Of a stretch of 64,000 bases of DNA, positions 1 to 10,529 are shown in pieces. A program made the position numbers and the translations under genes. Each line of letters starts with the position of its first letter. Position 1 is the stretch's first letter. The notes beneath the pieces were generated by a model, which was not told the DNA's origin, did not search any database, and saw only the letters and a program-made list of their open reading frames with translations. The DNA comes from Myxococcota bacterium (GTDB lineage Bacteria; Myxococcota_A; Polyangia; Nannocystales; Nannocystaceae): NCBI GenBank assembly GCA_039028615.1, contig JBCCHT010000001.1, positions 512,001 to 576,000 of the forward strand, in the 5' to 3' direction.

Positions 1-865
1 GAAGCTGAAGCAGGCGCCCCTTGGCCGCCATGAGTTCACGAACGAAGGCGTCTGCTCGATCGAGGTCGTCGACGGTGAGCAAGCGCCCGGCCGCGGCTTC
101 GCGGTGCTGGCCCTCGAAGCGCAGCAGGCCTTCGACCGTGTCGGACGGCGCCTGCCACACGAGGTCGACGCTGCGCAGCCGGGGGTCGAGCAGCTCGTCG
201 AGCGAGCCCACGCCACGAAGCTTGCCCTTGACCAGGATGGCGACCCGGTCGCACAGCGCGGTGGCGTCCGCGAGGATGTGGGTGCAAAAGAACACCGTCG
301 TCCCGCGGTCGCGCAGCTCGAACACCAGATCGCGGACCTCCTTGCGCCCGACCGGATCGAGCCCGCTCATCGGCTCGTCGAGTACGACCAGCTCGGGCTC
401 GCCCATCAGCGCCTGCGCCAGGCCGACCCGCTGCATCATGCCCTTGGAGAACGACCGCAGCGGCCGATTGCCCGCGTGCCCCAGGCCCACCCGCTCGATG
501 AGCTCGACGCTCCGCTTCCGGCGCGGGGCCTTGGCCTGCCCGTGCAGACGCCCGACCATGTCGAGTAATTCGGGGACCGAGAGGTAGTCGTAAAAGTAGG
601 GGTTCTCCGGGAGATAGCCCACGCGGGCCTTGGCGGCGCGGTCGCCCGCGGGCGCGCCCAGAAGATGCGCCGTGCCCGACGTGGGAAAGATGAGCCCCAT
701 CAAGATCTTGATGGTGGTGGTCTTTCCCGCGCCATTGGGCCCCAGGAAGCCGAAGATCTCGCCGGGCTCCACCTCCAGGCTGATGCCTCGCAGGGCCTCG
801 GTGCGACGACGCAGCAAGCCTCGGGTGAAGGTCTTGCGGAGCTCACTGACGTGCAGGACGGCCAC
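1..865 (-). CDS. ABC transporter ATP-binding protein (3' end runs off the window)
   Basis: Manual minus-strand translation from GTG 865: MAVLHVSELRKTF...GEIFGFLGPNGAGKTTT (Walker A)...FSKGMMQR (signature)...LVVLDEP (Walker B)...CTH. Not in the ORF track because it has no stop in the window. Confidence 0.9.
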   Translation of the reverse strand, partial: MAVLHVSELRKTFTRGLLRRRTEALRGISLEVEPGEIFGFLGPNGAGKTTTIKILMGLIFPTSGTAHLLGAPAGDRAAKARVGYLPENPYFYDYLSVPELLDMVGRLHGQAKAPRRKRSVELIERVGLGHAGNRPLRSFSKGMMQRVGLAQALMGEPELVVLDEPMSGLDPVGRKEVRDLVFELRDRGTTVFFCTHILADATALCDRVAILVKGKLRGVGSLDELLDPRLRSVDLVWQAPSDTVEGLLRFEGQHREAAAGRLLTVDDLDRADAFVRELMAAKGRLLQL

Positions 866-965
866 GGTCGGGGGTTGGCGCGGCAGGCGAAGCGAGGGAG
901 AGCACTTTGCCGCCGGGAGCGACTTTCCTCGGGTCGGCGCTAGGATACGATGAGCGCCCCCGACG

Positions 966-1874
966 ATGCGACCCTCGGACCTCACGCGCCGCGCGATGCT
1001 GACCGGTTTGACGGCTACGGCCCTCGTCCCGGCCGCCAGCCTGGCCAAGCCCCAGCGCCCGGCCGGCCCCACTGCCGCGCCCCCGAGCCCTCCCGGGCCG
1101 CCTCCGCCCGGTCCTGTCGTGCCCGAGCCCGCCGACATCGTCCCGGCCGCGCCCTCGGGCGCACCGTGGGACGCCCCCACCAGTCCGGGGGTCGAGACCT
1201 CCACCATCAGCATCGATCTCCCGCAGCTGCGCTACGAGGGCGAGTGGAATCCGCGGGCCGGCGCCATGCGAGTGCTCGCCCGCGAGCTGCGGCTGCGGAC
1301 GCGACTCGAGCCCGTGCTCGAGCCGGGGCAGGTCACCGCCGACGCGGCCGAGCTGTTCTCGACGCCGTTCCTGTACGTGGCCGGGCAGCGCGAGCTGCCG
1401 CCGCTGTCGCCCGCGGCCGAGCAATCGCTGGGGCGCTTCATCGACCTGGGCGGACTGATTCTGTTCGACGCCGCCGACGGTGGCACCGACCCCGGCTTCG
1501 TGCGCGACGTCAAAGCGCTGCTCGGGCGCATCGCCCCCGCCTCCGAGATTGCCCCCGTCGGTCGCGACCACGTCATCTATCGCAGCTTCTATATCGTCGA
1601 CACGCCCATGGGTCGCACGCGCACCCATGACCACGTGCTCGGCGTCCAAGACGAGGGCCGACTCAAGGCGCTGATCATGCGCAACGATCTGGGCGGAGCG
1701 CTGGCCGAGACCAACGAGGGCCTGCCCGCGTTCCCCTGCACCCCGGGCGGGCACACCCAGCGCGAGTGGGCGGTGCGCTTCGGGGTCAACATCCTGCTCT
1801 ACGCCACCTGCACCGACTACAAGGCCGACCGGGCCCACGTCGAAACCCTGCTGCGGGCGCGTCGCTGGCGATGA
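966..1874 (+). CDS. Tat-exported DUF4159-family protein
   Basis: Twin-arginine-like signal (LTRRAMLTG), Pro-rich linker, then PFLY...GGLILFD...HVIYRSFY...NDLGGA...GVNILLYA, typical of DUF4159. Confidence 0.75.
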   Translation: MRPSDLTRRAMLTGLTATALVPAASLAKPQRPAGPTAAPPSPPGPPPPGPVVPEPADIVPAAPSGAPWDAPTSPGVETSTISIDLPQLRYEGEWNPRAGAMRVLARELRLRTRLEPVLEPGQVTADAAELFSTPFLYVAGQRELPPLSPAAEQSLGRFIDLGGLILFDAADGGTDPGFVRDVKALLGRIAPASEIAPVGRDHVIYRSFYIVDTPMGRTRTHDHVLGVQDEGRLKALIMRNDLGGALAETNEGLPAFPCTPGGHTQREWAVRFGVNILLYATCTDYKADRAHVETLLRARRWR

Positions 1875-4246
1875 ACGAGCGTTGGAGCCTGGCGGCGGGG
1901 CACGTCCCCGATCTGTTCGTCCTGGTGCTGCTGGGCGTGGCGCTGGTATTGGCCGTCGGCGAGGGCCTGGGTGCCTTTCGTCGGCCGCGCTCGCCCGTGC
2001 CCAAGTCGGTCTCCGCCGCACTGCTCGCGCTGCGCCTGGGTGCGCTGGGAGCCCTGCTGGCGGTGGCCTTCGAGCTCACCCTGCGCATCGAGCAGGTCAG
2101 CCCGTCGGGCCGCCGCCTCGTGGTGCTGGTCGATCGCTCCGCCAGCATGGCCCTGGCCGACGCCCCCGCCTCGGGTGAGGCCGAGGCCACCCGCCAATCC
2201 CGCATGGAAGCGATCTGGGAGCGCGCCGCCGATGCCCGCGTGGGCTGGCGTGACGACGGCCTGATCGTCGAGGTCCGCGGCTTCGATCTCGCCTCGCACC
2301 CGTTCACCGGAGACCTGGCCGAGACCCTCGCGGGTGAACCGGACGGCGCGGGCTCCGACCTGGCCCGGGCGCTGGGCGAGCTGTCGCAGCCCGAGCCCGA
2401 CCGCGCGCCGCTGGCCGGGGTGGTCGTGCTCTCCGACGGTCTCGTCGCCACCGACGACGCTTCCGATGCCCACGTGCAGACGGTCGGCGCGGGGCTGGGC
2501 GTCCCCATCACCACCGTATCCGTGGGCGCGCCGCATATCCGCGACCTGAGCGTGGCCGAGGTCAAGGCCGGAGAGTTCGCGTTCGTAGAGAACGTGGCCG
2601 AGTTCGAGGCCACCATCGTCGCCCACGGCCTGGCCGGCACAGCCGGGGTGGTCGAGCTGCGCCGCAACGGCCAGACGGTCGCCACTCGCCGCATTCGCGT
2701 GGGCGCCGACGGAGTCCCGAGCACGGTGCGCTTCGAGGTCGCGCCGGACCGCGTCGGCCAGTTCGTCTACGAGATCGTCGTCCCCCCCGTCGCGGGCGAG
2801 GCCACCGAGGCCAACAACACCCGCGCCTTCGTGGTGAAGGTGCTGCGCGACAAGGTCCGCGTGCTGCACGTCGCCGGTCGCCCCGACTGGGACGTCCGGG
2901 CGCTCCGCACCCTGCTGCGCCGCGACCCCAACGTGGAGCTGCTCAGCTACTACATCTTGCGGGGCCTCGACGACATCTCTCGCGAGGACACCACCGCCCC
3001 GCTGAGCCTCATCCCCTTCCCCACCGACGAGCTGTTCGAGGAGCAGCTGGGCTCCTTCGACCTGGTCATCCTGCACAACTTCGACTCGGTCAAGCACCAC
3101 GTCGAGCAGTACCTCGACAACATCGCGCAGTACGTCGAAGAGGGCGGCGCGCTGGTGCTCATCGGGGGTGACCTGGCGTTTTACGACCTCGGCTACGGCC
3201 TGCCCCAGCTCGCCTCGCTGCTGCCCATCGACAGCCGCACCAAGGCCCCGCTCGAGCGCGACCCGTACCGACCGTCGCTGACCGATGCGGGACGCCGCCA
3301 CCCCATCACCGCGTGGCTGGCCGCGGCCGACGAGGGCTGGGCGCAGCTGCCCGCGCTCGAGAACTACAACCCGCTGTCGCCCAACCCGCGGGGCGAGACG
3401 ATCAGCGCGACCTCGTTGCTGACCCACCCCGAAGACATGGACGCCCGCGGTCGCCCGCGACCGATCTTGGCCGTCGCCGAGCCGGGACAAGGGCGCACCA
3501 TGGTGCTGGCCACCGGGTCCACCTGGAAACTCGGCTTTGCTCCCGACCTGCCGCTCATCGACGGCGCCCGCCCCTACGACCTGCTATGGCTCGGGGCCGT
3601 GCGCTGGCTGCTGCGCGACGACACCTCGGGGCGCCTGACCCTCGAGACCGACAAGCCGCGCTATCGCGTGGGCGAGCCCGTCGCGCTGCAGGCCAAGACC
3701 TGGTCGGCCAGCTATGCCCCGGAGGCCGACGTCAATGTCGACTGGTCGCTCCGTCCCCTCGCTCCGCCCAAGGATGGCGAGCCGCCGGCCGCCGTCGCCG
3801 AGGGCAAGTGGAAGACCGATGGCCTGGGCCGCGCGGGCGAGACCCTCGAAGACCTCGCCGTCGGGGCCTACGTCGGCACCGCCAAGCGCGAGCTGGGCAG
3901 CGAGCAGACCCAAGCCGAAGACCAGGACGGGCTCGGTCAGCACGAAGTACAGCGGGTGTTCATCGTCGAGCCCCCCGGGCGCGAGCTCGCCCAGGTCGAC
4001 GCGGATCCCGGCATCGCTCGACTCGATCGCCTCGCCAAGGCCACGGGCGGCGAGTCCCTGTCGGCGCTCGGCGACGACGAGCTGCCGCGGCGGATTCCCC
4101 TCGCCGAGCCCACCGTGCACCGCGATGGTCTCCGGGTCGATGCCCGTCGCGACATGCCCCTGTGGAACGGCTGGTTCGCGCTGCTGTTGCTGGTCGCCAC
4201 CTTCGGCGGCGAGTGGCTGCTGCGTCGGCGCCAAGGCGAAGTCTAA
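1871..4246 (+). CDS. Membrane protein with VWA-like and glutamine-amidotransferase-like (DUF1355-type) domains
   Basis: ATG 1871 overlaps the upstream stop (ATGA). N-terminal TM helices, LVDRSASM (MIDAS-like), [20 protein letters not shown], and a C-terminal TM ending EWLLRRR. Confidence 0.75.
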   Translation: MNERWSLAAGHVPDLFVLVLLGVALVLAVGEGLGAFRRPRSPVPKSVSAALLALRLGALGALLAVAFELTLRIEQVSPSGRRLVVLVDRSASMALADAPASGEAEATRQSRMEAIWERAADARVGWRDDGLIVEVRGFDLASHPFTGDLAETLAGEPDGAGSDLARALGELSQPEPDRAPLAGVVVLSDGLVATDDASDAHVQTVGAGLGVPITTVSVGAPHIRDLSVAEVKAGEFAFVENVAEFEATIVAHGLAGTAGVVELRRNGQTVATRRIRVGADGVPSTVRFEVAPDRVGQFVYEIVVPPVAGEATEANNTRAFVVKVLRDKVRVLHVAGRPDWDVRALRTLLRRDPNVELLSYYILRGLDDISREDTTAPLSLIPFPTDELFEEQLGSFDLVILHNFDSVKHHVEQYLDNIAQYVEEGGALVLIGGDLAFYDLGYGLPQLASLLPIDSRTKAPLERDPYRPSLTDAGRRHPITAWLAAADEGWAQLPALENYNPLSPNPRGETISATSLLTHPEDMDARGRPRPILAVAEPGQGRTMVLATGSTWKLGFAPDLPLIDGARPYDLLWLGAVRWLLRDDTSGRLTLETDKPRYRVGEPVALQAKTWSASYAPEADVNVDWSLRPLAPPKDGEPPAAVAEGKWKTDGLGRAGETLEDLAVGAYVGTAKRELGSEQTQAEDQDGLGQHEVQRVFIVEPPGRELAQVDADPGIARLDRLAKATGGESLSALGDDELPRRIPLAEPTVHRDGLRVDARRDMPLWNGWFALLLLVATFGGEWLLRRRQGEV

Positions 4247-4425
4247 GCCGGCCCGTGCCGTGGTCGGTCAGCGCCGCGTGTACGCCTGTCGCGACGACCA
4301 GTGACCGAGCGGTATGGGGCACGGCGTCGTGTTCGTCGGTTCGCCGCGATGCCTCGCAAACGGCTCAGGAACGACCGCAGGGGCGGTTGTCTTGCCGCCA
4401 CGCCGACCCGCCGCACACTGAGAGC

Positions 4426-4869
4426 ATGACGATTCCTCCCATGCGACGCGACGCTCGAGTCGAGGTCTTCTTCGACGGCGAATGCCCGTTGTGCATGCGG
4501 GAGATCAACCTGCTGCGGCGCCTCGACCGACGCCGCAACCTCATCGCGTTCACCGACATCGCGGCGCCCGACTTCGCGCCCGAGCGCTACGACACCACCA
4601 TGGATGCGCTGATGGGGTCGATCCACGGCCGCGATGCCCAGGGCGAGTGGATCACGGGGGTCGAGGTCTTTCGCCAGCTCTACGCGGCGGTCGGCCTGGG
4701 CTGGCTGGTGAGCCTCACGCGGGTGCCCGGCATTCGTCAGCTCCTGGACGCGGGCTACCGGGTCTTCGCGCGCAACCGGCTGCGCCTGACCGGGCGCAAC
4801 ACGCCGGCCTGCGACGGCGACCGATGCTCGGTCCCCGCCGCCGCGTCCGCGGACTCCGTCGCCCGCTGA
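4426..4869 (+). CDS. DCC-family thiol-disulfide oxidoreductase (DUF393)
   Basis: FFDGECPLC (DxxCxxC) and Y..FARNR motifs. The real gene is the 3' part of track ORF 3313..4869. Confidence 0.85.
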   Translation: MTIPPMRRDARVEVFFDGECPLCMREINLLRRLDRRRNLIAFTDIAAPDFAPERYDTTMDALMGSIHGRDAQGEWITGVEVFRQLYAAVGLGWLVSLTRVPGIRQLLDAGYRVFARNRLRLTGRNTPACDGDRCSVPAAASADSVAR

Positions 4870-4885
4870 CGACGAGCTCGCTCGC

Positions 4886-5425
4886 CTACTTCTGGGCATC
4901 GAGGAACTCGCCGATGGCGACGTTCGTGCGCTCGAGGTTGGGCTTGATGAGCGACACGATGAACTTCTCGACCTGCGGACCGATGGTGCGGGCGAGGAAG
5001 CGAGGGATGCCCTTGACCTTCGAGACGTCGACGCTGAGCTCGCCGTCGAGCACGATGCGGGTCGACTCGCCCTCGGCCACCAGGCGGGTCTGGCCCGAGC
5101 ACGAGAACGCCTCGGTGAAGGCCCGGGTCACGATCTTCCACTCGCAGCGTTGATCGGCGGTGAACCACTTGGCGTGGTCGTCCCAGAACAGGTGCTCGGG
5201 CTTGACGAACTTCTTGGCGACGGAGGGAATCTCCTTGTCGCTGGCCCACACGTTGTGAAGCGTGACCACACCGTCCTGCTCGTCGCGCGCCTGCACGACG
5301 ATCTCGCGGATGTCGTCGAGGTACGCGGCGACCTCGGGCAGGCGATCGCGATAGGCCTCGAAGACGCTGGCAACGGGATGGGCGATGACGGATTCGCTTT
5401 GGATACGCACCGTGGGCGGGACCAT
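4886..5425 (-). CDS. DUF2505/START-like (SRPBCC-fold) protein
   Basis: 3' part of track ORF 4886..6166 (VIAHPVASVFEAYRD...GPQVEKFIVSLIKPNL). Start is ATG 5425 or GTG 5410. Confidence 0.6.
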   Translation of the reverse strand: MVPPTVRIQSESVIAHPVASVFEAYRDRLPEVAAYLDDIREIVVQARDEQDGVVTLHNVWASDKEIPSVAKKFVKPEHLFWDDHAKWFTADQRCEWKIVTRAFTEAFSCSGQTRLVAEGESTRIVLDGELSVDVSKVKGIPRFLARTIGPQVEKFIVSLIKPNLERTNVAIGEFLDAQK

Positions 5426-5472
5426 GGCAGGGGTTGCGCCGCGAAGGCAAGCCCGCGCCCGGAGCACCCCCG

Positions 5473-6123
5473 CTACTGCTGCGCCATCGCAGCGCGCAGA
5501 CGCGGCGGAATCTCGTCCACCGTGCAGGAGACGCGGAACTTGCCCTCCAGCACCTCGAGCTGCGGCGCGCACGGCAGCACGTCCGTGGGCGGCAGCGGGA
5601 ACACCAGCGGCTCGACCCCGGGGATCGGCGCCGCCAAGACCACCGTGCGCCCCTTGACCGTGGCCGTGGCCTGGACCTCGACGCCCTCGACCTTGGCCTT
5701 GATCGCGCCCGGCGTGCAGTGGACCTCCTGCCCCACCACCTTGCTGACCTGCTCGTCGGCGATGAAGCCCTGGACTCGCGCCGCGCCGATGTCGGTAACC
5801 ACCAGGCGCTGCTCGTCGATCAGCGCGTCGGTGTCGATGGAAATCGTCTCGACGTCGAGGCTCAAGTCCTGGGCCTCGAGCCCCTGCTCGCGCACGCGAT
5901 CGATCTTCACGTGCAGCGCTTCGACCTGGCCCGTCGCCAGCACACCGAGCACGAAGGGGAAGCCATCGAAGGTCACGTGCACGCCTTCGGCCTGGGTCAG
6001 CGTGCTGGTGATCCGATCCTCGGCGTGCTCTTCGGCGAGCCCGCGCACTTTCATGTCGGCAAAGAGCACGCCACCGATGACGAGAACCAGGAGGATGAGC
6101 AGGACCAGGAGCAGCTTCTTCAT
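5473..6123 (-). CDS. LmeA/DUF2993-family phospholipid-binding protein
   Basis: N-terminal TM or signal, then V.F.GFPF...LATG.V motif. GAGGA RBS and a CATAAT -10-like box upstream. Confidence 0.65.
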   Translation of the reverse strand: MKKLLLVLLILLVLVIGGVLFADMKVRGLAEEHAEDRITSTLTQAEGVHVTFDGFPFVLGVLATGQVEALHVKIDRVREQGLEAQDLSLDVETISIDTDALIDEQRLVVTDIGAARVQGFIADEQVSKVVGQEVHCTPGAIKAKVEGVEVQATATVKGRTVVLAAPIPGVEPLVFPLPPTDVLPCAPQLEVLEGKFRVSCTVDEIPPRLRAAMAQQ

Positions 6124-6421
6124 CGGGGACTTCCTCGGTCGTCGAGGCCGTCCGCATTATGCTCAACCATCGGGGATCGGCGAATTGAACGTCGACATCG
6201 AGGGGCGAAATAGCGCATTCCCACGAACCCGGTGGTGCCAGTAAACACCCCCCTACGGCCTCCTACGGGCATTTTCGTTCTTTTTCGTCACAGTCGAATA
6301 CATTCCCCGACAGTGGGGCACTTAAGGCCGCGAATCGCACGCCGTGGCCCCCCGACTGCAATCGCGAACCCGAGCCCGAGCCCTCACGCGTCGCGCCGGA
6401 CGATCTCCGAGCCGTCCAACG

Positions 6422-6697
6422 ATGAGCGCGGCGACGTACCGTTGTTGCCAGGGGATCATCGTCGGCTTCTATCTCGTCAACGTGATCGCGCCGTGGCTCC
6501 CCATGCCCGCCGCCACCGTGCCGCTATTTCCCTGGAGCGGGCTGCTCGTGTTCGTCATCCATGCGGTGCAGCTGGGCATGTACACCAAGCTTCGCCGCAG
6601 CTACGGCGCCACCGTGCCCCCAGCCGAGGTCGGCGGCATCCTGCTGTACGGCATGCTGCACGTCCGCGCCCAGGTCCACCGCCCTCCCCTGCCCTGA
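6422..6697 (+). CDS. Small membrane protein (DUF1145/YhhL-like)
   Basis: 91 aa hydrophobic ORF with 'VIHAVQ' and 'ILLYGMLH', resembling the DUF1145 pattern. Confidence 0.5.
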   Translation: MSAATYRCCQGIIVGFYLVNVIAPWLPMPAATVPLFPWSGLLVFVIHAVQLGMYTKLRRSYGATVPPAEVGGILLYGMLHVRAQVHRPPLP

Positions 6698-6789
6698 GCA
6701 CCCACCAAAAACAACGAAGACCGACGTCGCCCGGGCGAGGAAACCCGAGGCGACGCCGCCCTTCGACGGGGACGATTTTTAGCAACCGA

Positions 6790-7860
6790 CTAGGTCACTA
6801 CGATTTGCGCAGAGTTGGTCTCGCATGCCTGCTGCTGCAGATCGGGTGCGGTACGCATGGCCTGCGCTTGAGGATTCCAGTGGTCGAGCTCGAGGCAGGC
6901 CAGCACGTCGCGGGGGGCGAACGAGGTGCGGTGCGGATCCTGGAGCTCTTCGATCGCGGCCATCGCCTCGGGCAGGCGATAAAACGGGATCTTGGAGTTC
7001 AAGTGATGGATGTGGTGGAAGCCGATGTTGGCGGTCAGCCAGCGCATGACCGGGCCCATGACCAAGTAGCTCGAGCCGTGGAGGGCGGCCTCGGTGTAGT
7101 CCCACTCGTCGCGGCTGAAAAAGCGCGTCTCGGGGAAGTTGTGCTGGGCGTAGAAGAGGTAGCTCGAGAAGGCGTGGTTGACGAAGGTCGGCGCAAACAC
7201 GCACAGCGCAGCGAGCAGCGGGCTGGCCAGCAACGACACGACCACGAGCGCGGCGACGTGGAGCACGATGGCGACGGGCCCGACCCAGTGCCGCTTGGGG
7301 GCGCGGCGGAAGGCGGCCAGGCACATGCCGCCGATGCCCACCGTGATGTAGCCGCCCAAGATGCCCAGCCAGTGCCGCGTGCGGCGGTAGGCCTTGCGCG
7401 TGTCGGCGTCGGCGTCCTCGAGCTGCTCGGAGGTCATGACCGGGTAGGAGCCGATCGACGCCCACTCGAGCTTGCCGTTGTTCCAGTGGTGGAAGTTGTG
7501 GGTCTCTTTCCACACCGAGCGCGGGGTCAGCAAGAACACCCCGATGGCCGACATGATCCGACGACCGGCGGGCGACTTGGCGAGCACGGAGCCGTGGTTG
7601 TGGTCGTGGTACAGCGAGAACAGCCGGAACTGCACCAGCCCGGCGAGCACGGCGAGCGCGACCTGCAGCACGAGCCACGGGGCGAGGGCGACACCAGCAA
7701 TGCACGCGCTATAGACCGCGAGGGTCGCGAACAGCTCGGACCAGGACCGCGCGACGTCTTCGTCCTGGAAGGGCTTGGTGGCGAGGATCAACTCGCGGCC
7801 GGTTCGTCGCGCCGACTTCGGGGCGGGGGGCTCGACGGTGGTGGGGGCGTTCATGCTCAT
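6790..7860 (-). CDS. Membrane fatty acid desaturase
   Basis: Three His boxes (HDHNH, HNFHH, HHIHH), a QH motif, IPFYRL and TM segments. Confidence 0.9.
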   Translation of the reverse strand: MSMNAPTTVEPPAPKSARRTGRELILATKPFQDEDVARSWSELFATLAVYSACIAGVALAPWLVLQVALAVLAGLVQFRLFSLYHDHNHGSVLAKSPAGRRIMSAIGVFLLTPRSVWKETHNFHHWNNGKLEWASIGSYPVMTSEQLEDADADTRKAYRRTRHWLGILGGYITVGIGGMCLAAFRRAPKRHWVGPVAIVLHVAALVVVSLLASPLLAALCVFAPTFVNHAFSSYLFYAQHNFPETRFFSRDEWDYTEAALHGSSYLVMGPVMRWLTANIGFHHIHHLNSKIPFYRLPEAMAAIEELQDPHRTSFAPRDVLACLELDHWNPQAQAMRTAPDLQQQACETNSAQIVVT

Positions 7861-8208
7861 CCGATCGAAAGTCACCGTCGGCGGAGAACCCCCTGACCCA
7901 CTCGGGCACAGGGCGGCTCGCCACGACCGGCGGCTGCTACATCCCCTTATTGAGCGCGGGCCGGATTTGGATTGCTTGTCTCAGCACTTTTTCGACGAAA
8001 TCTCGGGGCTCGATCACACGCTTTTAAACCCTTTGAAATCAAAGGCGAATTCTCGCGGCTTGGATGCCGCGCGGAGACCGGGTCGTGGTCGCATCGAGAC
8101 GACGACGTGGAGATCGCCACACGCCCTCGAAACTGCCCCGTCCCTCCGTGAAGTCGGGAATGGGTTCTCCGACAATCGATCGGGACGGACGACGCCCCCC
8201 CGATCGGG

Positions 8209-9552
8209 TCACTGGCGCGGTCGCAGCACGCCCGGCATGCGCCCCGCGGGGCTCAACGTGATCCCCGCTTGCGCCCGCATGCCCCGCGCGGGCACGTCGA
8301 TCCGCACCCGCGGCACGATGGAGGCGAGCATGACCTTGGACTGCATGGCGGCGAAGTGATTGCCGACGCAGGTGCGCGGCCCGAGGCCAAAGGGCGCGAA
8401 CGCGTTCTTCGGTCGCGAGCTCGCGCGCTCGGGGGAGAAGCGCAACGGATCGAAGGTCAGCGGATCGGTCCACGCGCTCGGGTTGCGATGCAGCAGCCAC
8501 GTGGACACCGCGACCATCGTGCCCTTGGGGATGTGATAGCCGCCGAGCTCGTCGTCCTCGAGGGCGATGCGCTCGTTCGTCCAGATCGGCGGAAAGAGGC
8601 GCATGGCCTCGTCGAGCGCCCACCCCGAGTACTTCAGCTGGCCGAGGTGCTCGAAGGTCAGGGCCTCGTCTCCGACGACTTCCTGCACCTCGCGTCGGAT
8701 CCGGCTGGCGACGTTCCAGTGCTGGGCCAGGAGCCCGATGATCCACGTCAGCGCGGTGGCCGACGTCTCGAAGCCCGCGAAGAACAGGTTGAGGATCTGA
8801 TCGCGCAGCGCCTCGTCGTCTTCGGTGGCGTTGTCGTCCTCGTTTTCGGCGGCGACGAGCATGGCCAGGATGTCGTCGCCGCCACCCCCCGCGCGCCGCT
8901 CGGCGATGAGGTCGTAGACCCAGCGATCGATGAGGTCGAGCGAGCGATGAAAACGGCGGTTACGGGGCGTGGGGTAGCGTAGCGGCAGGTTCCAAGGACG
9001 GTCCGCCCGCAGGTTGGAGCGCTCCACCGCGGTGTCCAACGCGGCCCCCAGCTCCCCCCCGAGCTCGTCGCCGCTGACCCCGAACAACGCTCCGCCGACG
9101 ACCCGCCGGGTGAGCACGCTGAGTTCCTCGTAGACGTCGATTTTGGGGTCTGAACGGCTCAGCCAGCCATCGACCACGCGGCGGCTGGTGTCGGCCATCG
9201 CCTCGACCAAGCGGGCCATGCGACGGGGCTGGAACGCGGGTGCGAGCTCTCGCCGTTGCTGCCGCCAGACGTCGCCGTTGGTGGTGATGACGCCCTTGCC
9301 CAGCACGCGCTCGAGCACGGGGTGCTTGGCCGACTTGAAGTAGCCCCGGTAGTTCTTGAGCAACACGTGCTGGATGTCGGCCGGGTTGGCGATGACCACG
9401 TAGGGCAGCCGCCCCGTGTCGTACAGCACGATCTCGCCGTGGCGACGAAACCCGTACTCGAACAAGCGCAACGGATCTCGCTGCATGGCCGCACGAACGG
9501 CCGCCTTGGGCCAGGACAACCGAGGAGGAGGAGTGCTGGAGCGGGCGGGCAT
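8209..9552 (-). CDS. Cytochrome P450
   Basis: I-helix AGFETS, EAMR (ExxR), FSPER and heme motif FGLGPRTCVG. Confidence 0.95.
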   Translation of the reverse strand: MPARSSTPPPRLSWPKAAVRAAMQRDPLRLFEYGFRRHGEIVLYDTGRLPYVVIANPADIQHVLLKNYRGYFKSAKHPVLERVLGKGVITTNGDVWRQQRRELAPAFQPRRMARLVEAMADTSRRVVDGWLSRSDPKIDVYEELSVLTRRVVGGALFGVSGDELGGELGAALDTAVERSNLRADRPWNLPLRYPTPRNRRFHRSLDLIDRWVYDLIAERRAGGGGDDILAMLVAAENEDDNATEDDEALRDQILNLFFAGFETSATALTWIIGLLAQHWNVASRIRREVQEVVGDEALTFEHLGQLKYSGWALDEAMRLFPPIWTNERIALEDDELGGYHIPKGTMVAVSTWLLHRNPSAWTDPLTFDPLRFSPERASSRPKNAFAPFGLGPRTCVGNHFAAMQSKVMLASIVPRVRIDVPARGMRAQAGITLSPAGRMPGVLRPRQ

Positions 9553-9692
9553 GGGGGACGAGCGGAACTCTAGCAGGTGAGCGCCGATGTCGAGCGAGTG
9601 GCCTACTTTGAAAACCCGGATCCGATCGTCGAGCGATGTCGAACGCGGATCGACGTTCGGTCGCCCGGGCCGAGCGATGCTATGTACGAGCC

Positions 9693-10526
9693 ATGAAACT
9701 GCCCTCCAATCCTCGCGCGGTCGTGACGGGAGCAGCCAGCGGCTTCGGCCAGGCGCTCGCCCTGCGCTTGGCGTCGCGTCGGGCTCGACTCGTCCTCGCC
9801 GACATCGACGACGCCGGACTCGAGGCCACCGCCACGCAAGCTCGCGAGGCCGGCAGCGAGGTCCATGTCCTCCACTGCGACGTGCGTGAAGCCGAACAGA
9901 TCGAGGCCCTGGCCGTGTGTGCCGACGCCGAGTACGGCGGCACGGACCTGCTGGTCAACAACGCCGGGGTGGCGGTGGCCGGGCCCGTGGGCGACGTGCC
10001 GCTCGCCGACTGGCGCTGGCAGCTCGAGATCAACCTCTTCGGCGTCATCTATGGCTGCCATGCCTTCGTCCCCCGCATGAAGGCGCAGGGCAGCGGCCAC
10101 ATCCTCAACGTCTCGTCGGCGGCCGGCCTCGTGTGCGGCCCGAAGATGGGCCCCTATAGCGTGTCCAAGGCCGGTGTCATCGCCCTGAGCGAGACCCTCT
10201 ACGGCGAGCTCAAAGACGACGGCATCGGGGTCAGCGTGCTGTGCCCCACCTTCTTCCGCACCAACATCCACCAGGGCTCGCGCTTCTCCGACGACGACCT
10301 GCTGAAGCTGACGACCAAGCTGGTGACCAAGGCCGACTGGAGCGCGGAGCAGATCGTCGACTACACCTTCGAGGCGATCGAGCGGGGCGAACTCATCGTC
10401 ATCCCACAGCCCGACGGTCGGGCGATGTGGCGAGCCAAGCGGCTATTCGGCGCTGGGTTCCACGGCTGGATGAACCGGCTCACGCAGTCCCCCCGGTTGA
10501 TGCGACTGCTGACGAGGGGCCGGTAG
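9693..10526 (+). CDS. Short-chain dehydrogenase/reductase
   Basis: TGAASGFG, NNAG and YSVSK motifs; start at ATG 9693. Confidence 0.92.
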   Translation: MKLPSNPRAVVTGAASGFGQALALRLASRRARLVLADIDDAGLEATATQAREAGSEVHVLHCDVREAEQIEALAVCADAEYGGTDLLVNNAGVAVAGPVGDVPLADWRWQLEINLFGVIYGCHAFVPRMKAQGSGHILNVSSAAGLVCGPKMGPYSVSKAGVIALSETLYGELKDDGIGVSVLCPTFFRTNIHQGSRFSDDDLLKLTTKLVTKADWSAEQIVDYTFEAIERGELIVIPQPDGRAMWRAKRLFGAGFHGWMNRLTQSPRLMRLLTRGR

Positions 10527-10529
10527 CCC

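Noticed and set aside
1..865. ABC ATPase as the exporter for the TOMM product
   Set aside because: It lies 32 kb away with unrelated genes in between; no evidence of linkage.
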